From: an uncultured Candidatus Rokubacteria bacterium
GTDB lineage: Bacteria; Methylomirabilota; Methylomirabilia; Rokubacteriales; DASRDR01
Length of the DNA stretch: 64,000 nucleotides
Direction of reading: 5' to 3'
NCBI GenBank assembly: GCA_963708025.1
Contig: CAVPSB010000012.1
Coordinates: 256,001 to 320,000, forward strand
Of the stretch, positions 33,870 through 44,147 are shown piece after piece. Numbering within the stretch: position 1 is the first letter of the stretch; the number at the start of each line of letters is the position of its first letter. A model generated the notes under the pieces. It had not been told where the DNA came from and did not search any database. It was given only the letters and a program-made list of their open reading frames with translations. Made by a program: the position numbers and the translations under genes.

Positions 33870-35456
33870 CTACTTCGAGGAGGCCAGCTCGTCGATGAAG
33901 AGGTCGTACATCACCGTGCCCGGGTTCCACTTGCCGAGCGTCTTGGACGTGGCGTACGGCGAGTGGACGTAGACCACCGGCACACCGTAGTGCTCGCTGC
34001 GGAGCCGCGTGTAGATGCCCCGCATCAAGGCGTTGATCTTCTCCCGGTCGGTCTGGCGCATCACCTGGGCGATCATGCCGTCGATCTCGGCGTCGTTCAC
34101 GGTGTCGTTGAGCTTGGACGGCGTGTAGGCCTGCTTCTCGAGCAGGGCGTAGGTGCCGATCCAGTCGCGGTTGGCGATGTTGTAGTACCCGACCGATCCC
34201 GGCGCCTTCCGGTCCACCCACAGCTTGCGGAAGGCCGGGTAGTCCACGGGGATCAGCTTGGTCTTGACGCCGATCTTCTCCCAGTACCCGGCCACCGCCT
34301 CGGCGAACGCCTTGCCCTCCGGGAGCCCCGGGAGCTGGAACGCGTAGACGTCCAGGGGGAAGCCCCCGGCCAGGCCCGCGTCGGCCAGGAGCTTCTTGGC
34401 CCGGTTCGGGTCGTAGGCGTAGGCCATCTCCGGGGTGACCTTGAAGCCGATGTCGCGGAACGACCAGGAGAGGCCCATCGGGATGGCGGCCGGCTCGGCG
34501 CTCCCCGCGAAGATGGCCTGGGCGATCTCGGCCCGGTCGATGGCGAGGTTGAGGGCCTCTCGGACCCGCTTGTCCTTCATCGGCGCGACCCAGCCGTCCG
34601 GGCCCAGCACGAACCACATGTGGACCTCCGCCTCCTCGCGGCGGAAGTGGACCGGGAAGCCCTCCTTCTCCAGCTCCTTGACGCGCTCGCGGCTCACGTC
34701 GGTCACGTCCACCTCGCCGCGGCGCAGGAGCGCGATGCGCGTCGTCTCCTCCGGCACCAGCCGGAAGGTGATGGTCTTGTACTTGGGGACGCCGAGGCGC
34801 CAGTGCTGGTCGACGGCGGCCAGCTTGATGTGGGAGCCGACCATCTGCTCCACGAACCGGTACGGGCCGCTCCCCACCGGCTTGCGGGCGAACACGTCGT
34901 CGCCGTTGGCCTCGATGTACTTCCGGGGCAGCACCATGCCCTCCGTCGAGAGCGAGCGCGACAGGTAGGTGGGGATGATGAGGGTCGACTCCTTGGTCAC
35001 GATCACGACGCGGTCGGGGGCCGGGGTCTCGATGTCCTGGATCAGGGTCCGGAGCGGGCCGGCGTAGCCGGTGGTGGAGCGCTTGCCCATGGCGCGCTGG
35101 AGGCTCCACTTGACGTCCTCGGCGGTCACCTCGTCGCCGTTGTGGAACTTCACGCCCTTGCGGAGGTGGAACGTCCAGCGCTTGTGATCCGCGGAGTTCT
35201 CCCACCGCAGAGCCAGGCCGCCGCTCTGCGACGGCTGGCCGTCGAGCGTGCTGCCGACCAGGTAGTCGAACATCAGGGAGAGGTAGTACTTGACGTTGTG
35301 GCCCTGGAGCGCGGGGTCGAGCGTCTCCGCCGAGAAGCTCGACAGCGCGACCGTCAGCTCCGACTTCGCCTGGGCCCAGCCGGGCCCGGCCGCGGCCAGG
35401 ATCGCGAGGGCCAGGGAGAGCAGCGACAGACAGACAATTCGACTCGTGCGCTTCAT
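33870..35456 (-). CDS. Peptide ABC substrate-binding protein (family 5)
   Basis: Signal peptide; LRKGVKFHNG..TAEDVKWS, GSGPY and VREALNLAID motifs. Confidence 0.92.
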   Translation of the reverse strand: MKRTSRIVCLSLLSLALAILAAAGPGWAQAKSELTVALSSFSAETLDPALQGHNVKYYLSLMFDYLVGSTLDGQPSQSGGLALRWENSADHKRWTFHLRKGVKFHNGDEVTAEDVKWSLQRAMGKRSTTGYAGPLRTLIQDIETPAPDRVVIVTKESTLIIPTYLSRSLSTEGMVLPRKYIEANGDDVFARKPVGSGPYRFVEQMVGSHIKLAAVDQHWRLGVPKYKTITFRLVPEETTRIALLRRGEVDVTDVSRERVKELEKEGFPVHFRREEAEVHMWFVLGPDGWVAPMKDKRVREALNLAIDRAEIAQAIFAGSAEPAAIPMGLSWSFRDIGFKVTPEMAYAYDPNRAKKLLADAGLAGGFPLDVYAFQLPGLPEGKAFAEAVAGYWEKIGVKTKLIPVDYPAFRKLWVDRKAPGSVGYYNIANRDWIGTYALLEKQAYTPSKLNDTVNDAEIDGMIAQVMRQTDREKINALMRGIYTRLRSEHYGVPVVYVHSPYATSKTLGKWNPGTVMYDLFIDELASSK

Positions 35457-35626
35457 GGTTCGCCCCTCCGTTGGGACCGGCTTGGACGGGGACGGCAAGG
35501 CGCGGTGGGCCCTGCCCAGGGCACGGACACCGCCCCGACCCTACCGCGGGACGGCCCCGGAGGGCAAGCCCTCCTCGGCCGCGCGGGGCCTGTCAGGGCA
35601 GGCGGTCCACTGGCGCACCGCCTGCG

Positions 35627-36760
35627 CTACAGCCCGTAGAGCGCCCGGGCGTTCTCGCAGAGGATCCGCCGGCGCGCTCCGGCCGTGACGTGGCGGAAGT
35701 TGTCCTCGATCGCCTGCCGCGACTCCGGCCACGTGCTGTCGGCGTGCGGGTAGTCGGACGCCCACATCACGCGCTCCTCGCCGAGGACGTCGAGCAGGCG
35801 CAGCCCGGCGTGATCGGACTGGAACGTGGCCCAGACCTGCTGGTGGAAGTAGGCGCTCGGCGGCCGGGTGAGCGCGAGCCCGCCCTGCCGGCGCCAGTAC
35901 TCCTCGGCGTCGAGGAACCTCCGGTAGGTGTCGTCCATGCGCTCCAGCATGTAGGGGAGCCAGCCGATGCCGGTCTCGGCCAGGACAATCTTCAGGCCGG
36001 GATGGCGCTCCAGGGCGCCCGAGAAGATGACGGCGGCCAGCGGCTCGTCCATCTGCAGGGTGGAGCAGGCGACGCGCACGCCCATGTTCCCGGCGCTGGT
36101 GGCCTTGGGGCCGCTCCAGTGGACGGTGCGGAGCCCGCCTCCCAGGTGGAAGCCGAGGGGGATGCCGGTCTCGGCCGCGGCCTCCCAGAGCGGCTCCCAG
36201 GCCTCGTCCCAGAGCGGCAGCTCGACGCGGGCGGCCAGGAACATGCCGGTCCGCAGCCCGATCTCCCGGAGATGGCGCACCTCGTCGGCCGCGCTCTTCG
36301 GGTCGTCGATGGGCACCAGGCCGGCCCCGACGAACCGCTCGGGCGCCGTCGCGCAGAACCCGGCCAGCCAGTCGTTGTAGGCGCGGTAGCAGACCCGCCG
36401 GAGCTCGGGATCGGGGATCAGGAGCGGCACGATGGGCCCGTACATGACGGTCGCGTCGATCCCGTCGCGGTCCATGTCGGCCAGGCGCAGCTCGGTCGTG
36501 GTGGGCCGCAGCACCCCGGGCTCCAGCACGCCCCCCCGCTCCAGCGCCAGGCGCCGGCCGCCCATGGCGCCGGCCGCGCCCTTTCGCCCGCCCCAGGCAT
36601 CCCAGCGGTCGCCGCCGCAGACCCAGTAGGGGCCCTCGGGCGTGTCCACGACCCGGGGGGCGCGCTCGCGCCACTCCGGCGGGACCCGGCGCTGCCAGAG
36701 GTCCCTGGGCAGCCACTGGAGGTCGATGTGATCGTCGGCAGAGATGACCCGGTATTCCAT
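35627..36760 (-). CDS. Amidohydrolase family protein (Amidohydro_2)
   Basis: SADDH, AYNDW, FH, AETGIGW and WASDYPH motifs. Confidence 0.9.
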   Translation of the reverse strand: MEYRVISADDHIDLQWLPRDLWQRRVPPEWRERAPRVVDTPEGPYWVCGGDRWDAWGGRKGAAGAMGGRRLALERGGVLEPGVLRPTTTELRLADMDRDGIDATVMYGPIVPLLIPDPELRRVCYRAYNDWLAGFCATAPERFVGAGLVPIDDPKSAADEVRHLREIGLRTGMFLAARVELPLWDEAWEPLWEAAAETGIPLGFHLGGGLRTVHWSGPKATSAGNMGVRVACSTLQMDEPLAAVIFSGALERHPGLKIVLAETGIGWLPYMLERMDDTYRRFLDAEEYWRRQGGLALTRPPSAYFHQQVWATFQSDHAGLRLLDVLGEERVMWASDYPHADSTWPESRQAIEDNFRHVTAGARRRILCENARALYGL

Positions 36761-36926
36761 GGCGCACTCCTCCGGAGGGTCTTCGGCCCCGCGCCCGCCC
36801 TCGTCTGCCCGCCAGCATAGCCCACCCGGGGCGCCCCTTGACACCGTCTCTCCGCGTGAGCGTAAATCGATGGCGTCCGGGGGTCGTCCGAGGGTGGAGA
36901 CCGCGTTCGGGGAAGGGGAGGAGCCA

Positions 36927-38216
36927 ATGATCCGCACTCGCTTCCTTCGTGGCTCGATCTGTGCGCTCGCCTTGCTCGTCACCGGCTACGCGACGCCGGG
37001 GCGGGCCGAGACGACCGTGACCCTGTGGAGCATGGGCGGCGACCAGCCGAAGTGGGTCGAGTGGATGAACGTGCTCGTCGAGAAGTTCGAGAAGAAGAAC
37101 CCCGGCGCCAAGGTCAAGGTGACGTGGTACGAGAAGATGGCCCTGAGCGCCGCCCTCAAGACGGCCCTGCGCGCGGGCCAGGGTCCCGACATCATCTACG
37201 GCGAGCCCGATCAGTCGGAGTACGCCGACGCCGGCTACCTCATGCCGCTCGATGCCGTCGCCAACTGGCAGAACATCGAGCCCTGGGCCCGCACCGCCTG
37301 GTCCAGCAAGGGCCACAGCTGGGGGATCCCCATCTCGGCCTACACGAACGAGATCTACTACAACAAGGACCTGATGAAGAAGCTCGGCGTCACCATCCCG
37401 CCGAGCGGCCAGGTGAGCCAGGCCGAGTTCCTGACGATCGTCAAGAAGTCGGCGGCGGCCGGCATCACGCCGATCGCCCTGGGCACCGGCGACCGGCCCT
37501 TCCCGGGGGCGTACCTCTCGTTCGAGCCGATGCTGCGCAAGCTGGGGCCGCAGGACTACCGGAAGCTGCTGGAGGGCGAGATCTCGTACGGCGACCCCCG
37601 GGTCGTCCAGGTCCTGCGATGGGTGAAGGAGATCGTTGACGCGGGGGCGCTCCCCAAGACGTTCTCGACGATGACCCTGACCGACTCCTACGCCTACTTC
37701 TACGCGAAGCCCGGCGGCCTCCTGTACCCCCAGGGCACGTGGTACGCGGGGCGGGCCTTCGCCCCGCCGGAGAAGGGCGGACAGCCGGCGGGGTTCCCGC
37801 TGGGGATCATGAACTACCCGGCCATGGACGGCGGGGCGTGCAACGAGTGCAAGACGCTGGCGGTGGGCGGCGGCTACTCGATCAACGCGGACACCAAGGA
37901 GCGCGCCTCCGCGGTCGCGTTCATGAGCGAGATGGCGACGCCGGAGATGGGCACGCTCTGGGTCAGCTCGAGCTCCCGCCAGAGCGGCATCAAGTCGGAC
38001 GCCTCGGCCATCACCGGTCCCTACAAGGCCTACTTCGAGGAGCTGATGGCGCTCAACCGGAACGCCAAGTTCTCCATCGGCATCCCCCTCGACTACGTCA
38101 AGGGCCAGTGCAAGGAGACCTTCATCCAGGTCGTGAACGTCGCGTTCCCGGCCGGCCTGATCGGGGTCGACGAGACGATCAAGCGGATGAACGCCGCCTG
38201 CTACAAGGGCAAGTAG
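36927..38216 (+). CDS. Carbohydrate-type ABC substrate-binding protein
   Basis: Signal peptide; GQGPDI and IYYNKDL motifs; GAGGAG SD. Confidence 0.88.
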   Translation: MIRTRFLRGSICALALLVTGYATPGRAETTVTLWSMGGDQPKWVEWMNVLVEKFEKKNPGAKVKVTWYEKMALSAALKTALRAGQGPDIIYGEPDQSEYADAGYLMPLDAVANWQNIEPWARTAWSSKGHSWGIPISAYTNEIYYNKDLMKKLGVTIPPSGQVSQAEFLTIVKKSAAAGITPIALGTGDRPFPGAYLSFEPMLRKLGPQDYRKLLEGEISYGDPRVVQVLRWVKEIVDAGALPKTFSTMTLTDSYAYFYAKPGGLLYPQGTWYAGRAFAPPEKGGQPAGFPLGIMNYPAMDGGACNECKTLAVGGGYSINADTKERASAVAFMSEMATPEMGTLWVSSSSRQSGIKSDASAITGPYKAYFEELMALNRNAKFSIGIPLDYVKGQCKETFIQVVNVAFPAGLIGVDETIKRMNAACYKGK

Positions 38217-38274
38217 CGGCGGCACCGCGGGCGGCCGAGACCCCGGGCGGACACGCCGCCGCACGGCGAACGTA

Positions 38275-39210
38275 GTGAAGGACTCCGCGCCCGCCCCGGC
38301 TCGCCCGAGCAGCCCAGCCCGAGGCTGGCGGCCGGGCCCCATCGCGTCCATCGCCGTGTTCATGGGGCCGGCGCTCCTGGTCTTTTTCGGCCTGACCGCG
38401 TATCCGGTCCTGCGCACCCTCGTCAACAGCCTCCACACGATCAAGCCCCGGGGGGTCGAGGAGTTCGTCGGCCTCGCCAACTACGCCGAGCTGCTGCGCG
38501 ACGGCACCTTCTGGACGGCGGTGGGCAACACGCTGATCTGGGCGGGCGTGGCGCCGGTGCTCGACGTCGGGGTCGGCCTGCTGCTGGCGCTCTGCCTCTA
38601 CGCGAGAGTCCCCTTCGCCCGCTTCTTCCGCGTGGCCTGGTTCACCCCGGCCCTGATCTCCTACGTCGTGGTGGCGATCGTCTGGACGTGGATCTACAAC
38701 TACGACTGGGGGGCGGCCAACGAGCTGCTCGCCTGGATCGGCCTGGGGCGCCTGCGCACGGCCTGGATCGGCCAGCCGGCCACCGCCCTGTGGGCGCTCA
38801 TCCTGGTCGACGTCTGGAAGTGGGCCGGCTTCAACATGATCGTGTGCCTGGCCGCGCTTCACTCGCTGCCCTCGGAGGTCGTGGAGGCGGCGGAGCTCGA
38901 CCGGTGCGGCTGGATGGCCAAGCTGGTCTTCATCGCGGTGCCGATGATCCGGACGACGCTGACCGGGCTCCTGATCCTGGGCTTCATCGGCAAGATGAAG
39001 GTCTTCGACCTGGTCTGGATCATGACCCGGGGCGGCCCGCTGTGGGCGACGGAGACGGTCTCGACCTACGTCTACAAGCGGGCCTTCGACTGGAACACCT
39101 TCGACCTCGGCTACCCCTCCGCCCTCGCCTCCGTCTGGTTCGCGGTCGTCCTGGCCGGCGTCATGGCGCTGTCACGGGTCTTCCGGCCGCGCGAGCGCCT
39201 GGAGTACTAG
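38275..39210 (+). CDS. Carbohydrate ABC permease
   Basis: FVGLANY, EAAELD and FDLVWIMTRGGP motifs. Confidence 0.92.
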   Translation: MKDSAPAPARPSSPARGWRPGPIASIAVFMGPALLVFFGLTAYPVLRTLVNSLHTIKPRGVEEFVGLANYAELLRDGTFWTAVGNTLIWAGVAPVLDVGVGLLLALCLYARVPFARFFRVAWFTPALISYVVVAIVWTWIYNYDWGAANELLAWIGLGRLRTAWIGQPATALWALILVDVWKWAGFNMIVCLAALHSLPSEVVEAAELDRCGWMAKLVFIAVPMIRTTLTGLLILGFIGKMKVFDLVWIMTRGGPLWATETVSTYVYKRAFDWNTFDLGYPSALASVWFAVVLAGVMALSRVFRPRERLEY

Positions 39211-39303
39211 GTGGGCGGCCGATGAGCGTCGCAACGTTCATCTCGGTCGGGACGCGCTCGGCCTACGGCCTCGCGTCCGTCCCGACCTCTGGTCGTCCTC
39301 GGT

Positions 39304-39372
39304 CGTCGCCGATCCTCGGCGTACTCGGAGTACGCCTGCGGTCGGCGACTCCCTGCGTCCTAGCGCTGCTCG
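39304..39372. repeat. Family C 69-bp element
   Basis: Inverted copy of 29609-29677. Confidence 0.9.
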
Positions 39373-39436
39373 CTCCTCGGCCCCGCCCCGGGGACCCTGA
39401 ATCGACCATGATCTTGGCGCTTCAAGGAACCTAGCC

Positions 39437-40264
39437 GTGACCCTCGTGGGTCGGCTTCCGCGGCTGCTGCTGCTGGTCGGGCTGGGGCTCTACACCGCCT
39501 TCGTGCTCGGCCCCCTGGTCTGGCTGGCGATCATGTCGGTCCGGACCACGCCGGAGATCAACCTGGCGCCGTATGCCCTGCCGGGCGTCTACCACTGGGA
39601 CAAGTACGCGACGGCCTGGACCGGGTCGCGCTACGGCGCCTACTTCTGGAACAGCACGCTGGTCGCCCTCGGCGCGGTGTCGATCGTCACGGTCATCGGC
39701 GCCATGGCCGCCTACTGCCTCGGCCGCCGGCGCTTCCCCGGAAACCGGGCGATGCTGTACCTGATCGTCAGCACCATCATCCTGCCGCCGCAGATCACGA
39801 TCATCGCGCTGTTCCAGGTCCTGGTGGGCTACCGCCTCTACAACACGCTGGCCGGCCTGATCCTGGTCTACATCGGCACCCAGCTGCCGCTGACGGTCTA
39901 CATCCTGGAGAGCTTCTTCGCGCGGCTGCCCCAGGACCTGTTCGACGCCGCCCGGATGGACGGCTACTCCGAGCTGGAGATCTTCTGGCGCATCGCCGTG
40001 CCCGTCGGCATGCCGGCCATCGTCACCACGGTCATCCTGAACGTGATCCTGCTCTGGAACGAGTTCCTCTTCGCCGTCGTCCTGATCGCCGACGACGCCA
40101 AGCGCACACTGCCGCTGGGCCTGCAGAAGTTCATGGGGGACCAGTTCGTCGACGTCGGGATGATCGCGACGGGCGTGATGATCTCGATCATCCCGGTGAT
40201 CGCCGTCTACGCCTTCTTCTCCGAGAAGATCATCCAGGGCATGACGGCGGGCGCCGTCCGATGA
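39437..40264 (+). CDS. Carbohydrate ABC permease
   Basis: DAARMDG, WNEFLFA and GMTAGAVR motifs. Confidence 0.92.
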   Translation: MTLVGRLPRLLLLVGLGLYTAFVLGPLVWLAIMSVRTTPEINLAPYALPGVYHWDKYATAWTGSRYGAYFWNSTLVALGAVSIVTVIGAMAAYCLGRRRFPGNRAMLYLIVSTIILPPQITIIALFQVLVGYRLYNTLAGLILVYIGTQLPLTVYILESFFARLPQDLFDAARMDGYSELEIFWRIAVPVGMPAIVTTVILNVILLWNEFLFAVVLIADDAKRTLPLGLQKFMGDQFVDVGMIATGVMISIIPVIAVYAFFSEKIIQGMTAGAVR

Positions 40265-40389
40265 CCGGGCGAGATGGATCGGACTCAGGCCGAGGCGGTG
40301 GGCAGCGGCCGAGGCGGAGATTCGCTATGATGCGGCCGGCGGCGAGCCGCGGGTCGACCGGAATGGCGAGAGACGAGAGGAGCGGGCAC

Positions 40390-42555
40390 ATGAAGACGAC
40401 AGGCGTGTTGGGCTCCGCGATGGTGGCGGTCGGCATCGTCGCGCTCCTGGCCGCCGGCCAGGCGCGGCTGGGCGCCCAGCCGAGCGCCGACCCGGCGATC
40501 CACGTCGGCGACCGGGATCTCGGCGGCGTGGTCACCAGCGCGAACGGCCCGGAAGCCGGCGTCTGGGTGATCGCGGAAACCACCGACCTGCCCACGAAGT
40601 TCGCCCGGATCGTGGTCACCGACGACCAGGGGCGCTACGTCCTGCCCGACCTCCCGAGCGCCAGCTACCGGGTGTGGGTGCGCGGCTACGGGCTCGTCGA
40701 TTCCCCCAGGGTGCAGACGGCGCCCGGGAAGATCGTGAACCTGACCGCGGTGGTGGCGCCGAGCGCGGCCGCCGCGGCGGAATACTATCCGGCCATCTAC
40801 TGGTATTCCATGCTGAGGGTGCCGGACAAGAGCGAGTTCCCCGGCACCGGGCCCGGCGGCAACGGGATGCCGGTGACACTGAAGAGCCAGGCGCACTGGC
40901 TGGACGTCGTCAAGACGAACGGCTGCTACACGTGTCACCAGCTCGGCAACAAGGCGACGCGCACGATCCCGAAAGAGCTGGGCGAGTTCAAGAGCTCGGA
41001 CGAGGCGTGGGCGCGCCGCATCCTGTCCGGACAGGCCATGACCCAGATGGCCAACGGCATCCACCGGCTCGACCCTGCGCGCGCGTACCGGCTGTTCGCG
41101 GAGTGGACCGATCGGATCGCCGCCGGCGAGCTGCCCCGGTCGAAGCCGCCGCGCCCACAAGGCGTGGAGCGCAACGTCGTCGTCACGCTCTGGGACTGGG
41201 CCGGCCCCCGGGACTACCTGCACGACGAGGTCTCCACCGACAAGCGCAACCCCACGATCAATCCCAACGGCCTGATATACGGCTCGCCGGAGGAGAGCAC
41301 GGATCTCTTCCCGGTGCTCGATCCCGTGAACCACAAGGCGACCCAGGTCCGGATGCCGGTGCGCGACCCCAACACGCCCTCGTCGAGGCAGAATGCGATG
41401 CTGCCGTCGCCGTACTGGGGCGCCGAGCCGATCTGGGACAGCCAGACCAGCATGCACAACCCGATGCTCGACGAGAAGGGGCGGGTCTGGTTCACCTCGC
41501 GAGTCCGTCCGCCCGCGAACCCGGACTTCTGCAAGAAGGGGTCGGACCATCCGTCGGCCAGGCTCACCCCGGTCGAGTCGGCCAACCGGCATCTCGCCAT
41601 GTACGAGCCGAAGACCGGGAAGACCACGCTGATCGGCACGTGCTTCCCCACCCACCACCTCGTGTTCGCGGAGGACGCCAGCCACACGCTGTGGACCAGC
41701 GCCGGCGGCCCGCAGAGCGGCGTCGTCGGCTGGCTGAACCGGAAGACGTTCGAGGAGACGGGCGACGAGCAGAAGTCCCAGGGCTGGACGGCGCTCGTCC
41801 TCGACACCAACGGCAACGGCAAGCGGGACGACCACGTGGAGCCCGGCCAGCCCCTCGACCCGACGAAGGACAAGCGGATCCTGGCGGCCTTCTACGGCAT
41901 CGGCGTGAACCCGGTCGACGGGACGATCTGGGGCTCGGTCCTGGGCTTCCCCGGCTACGTCATCCGGCTCGATCCGGGACCGAACCCCCCGGCGACCGCC
42001 CTGGCGGAGGTCTTCGAGCCGCCCTTGCCGGGATACGCGCCGCGCGGCATGGACATCGACCGGAGCGGGGTCGTCTGGACGCCGCTGTCGAGCGGCCACA
42101 TGGCCAGCTTCGACCGGCGCAAGTGCAAGGGGCCGCTCAACGGACCCACGGCGACCGGCCCGCACTGTCCCGAGGGGTGGACGCTCTACCCGTTCCCCGG
42201 ACCCCAGCTCCAGAACGTGACCGACCCCGGCAGCGCCGAGGCGAGCTACTACACCTGGGTGGACCAGTTCGACACCTCCGGGCTGGGCAGGGACGTGCCC
42301 ATCGCCACCGGCAATGCCAACGAGGCCCTGCTGGCCCTCGTGGACGGGCGATTCGTCACGCTTCGCGTCCCCTATCCCATGGGGTTCTTCGCCAAGTGGA
42401 TGGATGGGCGCATCGACGATCCGAATGGCGGCTGGAAGGGCCGGGGGCTGTGGGCGACCTACGCCACCCGGACGCCGTTCCACGTCGAGGGCGGCAAGGG
42501 GACGACCCCCAAGGTCGTGAAGTTCCAGCTTCGCCCCGATCCGCTGGCGAGGTGA
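40390..42555 (+). CDS. Secreted protein: carboxypeptidase-regulatory-like domain, CXXCH heme motif, probable beta-propeller
   Basis: Signal peptide; TDDQGRYVLPDLP..YRVWVRGYG; CYTCH. Confidence 0.8.
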   Translation: MKTTGVLGSAMVAVGIVALLAAGQARLGAQPSADPAIHVGDRDLGGVVTSANGPEAGVWVIAETTDLPTKFARIVVTDDQGRYVLPDLPSASYRVWVRGYGLVDSPRVQTAPGKIVNLTAVVAPSAAAAAEYYPAIYWYSMLRVPDKSEFPGTGPGGNGMPVTLKSQAHWLDVVKTNGCYTCHQLGNKATRTIPKELGEFKSSDEAWARRILSGQAMTQMANGIHRLDPARAYRLFAEWTDRIAAGELPRSKPPRPQGVERNVVVTLWDWAGPRDYLHDEVSTDKRNPTINPNGLIYGSPEESTDLFPVLDPVNHKATQVRMPVRDPNTPSSRQNAMLPSPYWGAEPIWDSQTSMHNPMLDEKGRVWFTSRVRPPANPDFCKKGSDHPSARLTPVESANRHLAMYEPKTGKTTLIGTCFPTHHLVFAEDASHTLWTSAGGPQSGVVGWLNRKTFEETGDEQKSQGWTALVLDTNGNGKRDDHVEPGQPLDPTKDKRILAAFYGIGVNPVDGTIWGSVLGFPGYVIRLDPGPNPPATALAEVFEPPLPGYAPRGMDIDRSGVVWTPLSSGHMASFDRRKCKGPLNGPTATGPHCPEGWTLYPFPGPQLQNVTDPGSAEASYYTWVDQFDTSGLGRDVPIATGNANEALLALVDGRFVTLRVPYPMGFFAKWMDGRIDDPNGGWKGRGLWATYATRTPFHVEGGKGTTPKVVKFQLRPDPLAR

Positions 42556-42602
42556 CCGGATCCGGCAAAGCCTCGCGAGCCAGGGCCCGAGCGGAGGCCG
42601 CT

Positions 42603-42639
42603 CCCTCTCCCTTCCAGGGAGAGGGTCGGGGTGAGGGTC
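42603..42639 (+). repeat. Family B repeat (CCCTCTCCC..GGGAGAGGG..GGGTGAGGG)
   Basis: Second copy at 62993-63030. Confidence 0.75.
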
Positions 42640-42678
42640 CATGGGGCTGCGTGGTTCACCCTGACCCTCTGGGGTCAT

Positions 42679-42749
42679 GCCTTCCTCTCCGAGAAGATCA
42701 TCCAGGCGTGACGGCCGGCGCCGCCCGATGAGCGGGCGCGACGGATCGG
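42679..42749 (+). repeat. Degenerate duplicate of the permease 3' end (40211-40282)
   Basis: 64/72 identical (7 mismatches, 1 gap). Confidence 0.9.
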
Positions 42750-42765
42750 CGGGGAGGCCTCCGGC

Positions 42766-43878
<1,113 letters not shown>

Positions 43879-44147
43879 CGCCGCGAGTCAGCGGACCGGA
43901 TCCTCGAAATCGAAGAAGGAGCCTCGAGGCGGCGCGGATTCGGAGTATCCTGGGGTCGCCCCGAGCACGCCGCGAGATCGTCTCCGGCTGGATCTCGTCC
44001 TCGCATCGCGTGACAATGAGGCCTGGGAGGTGACGATGGACGTCCGGCACAGTGTTCCCCGGCCCGACCGCCCGGGCCACGGGCGCCGCTCGAGCGCTCG
44101 ATCGAAGGGCTCGGCTCAGGCTCACCCGAAGCGGTAAGGGCGGGTAC

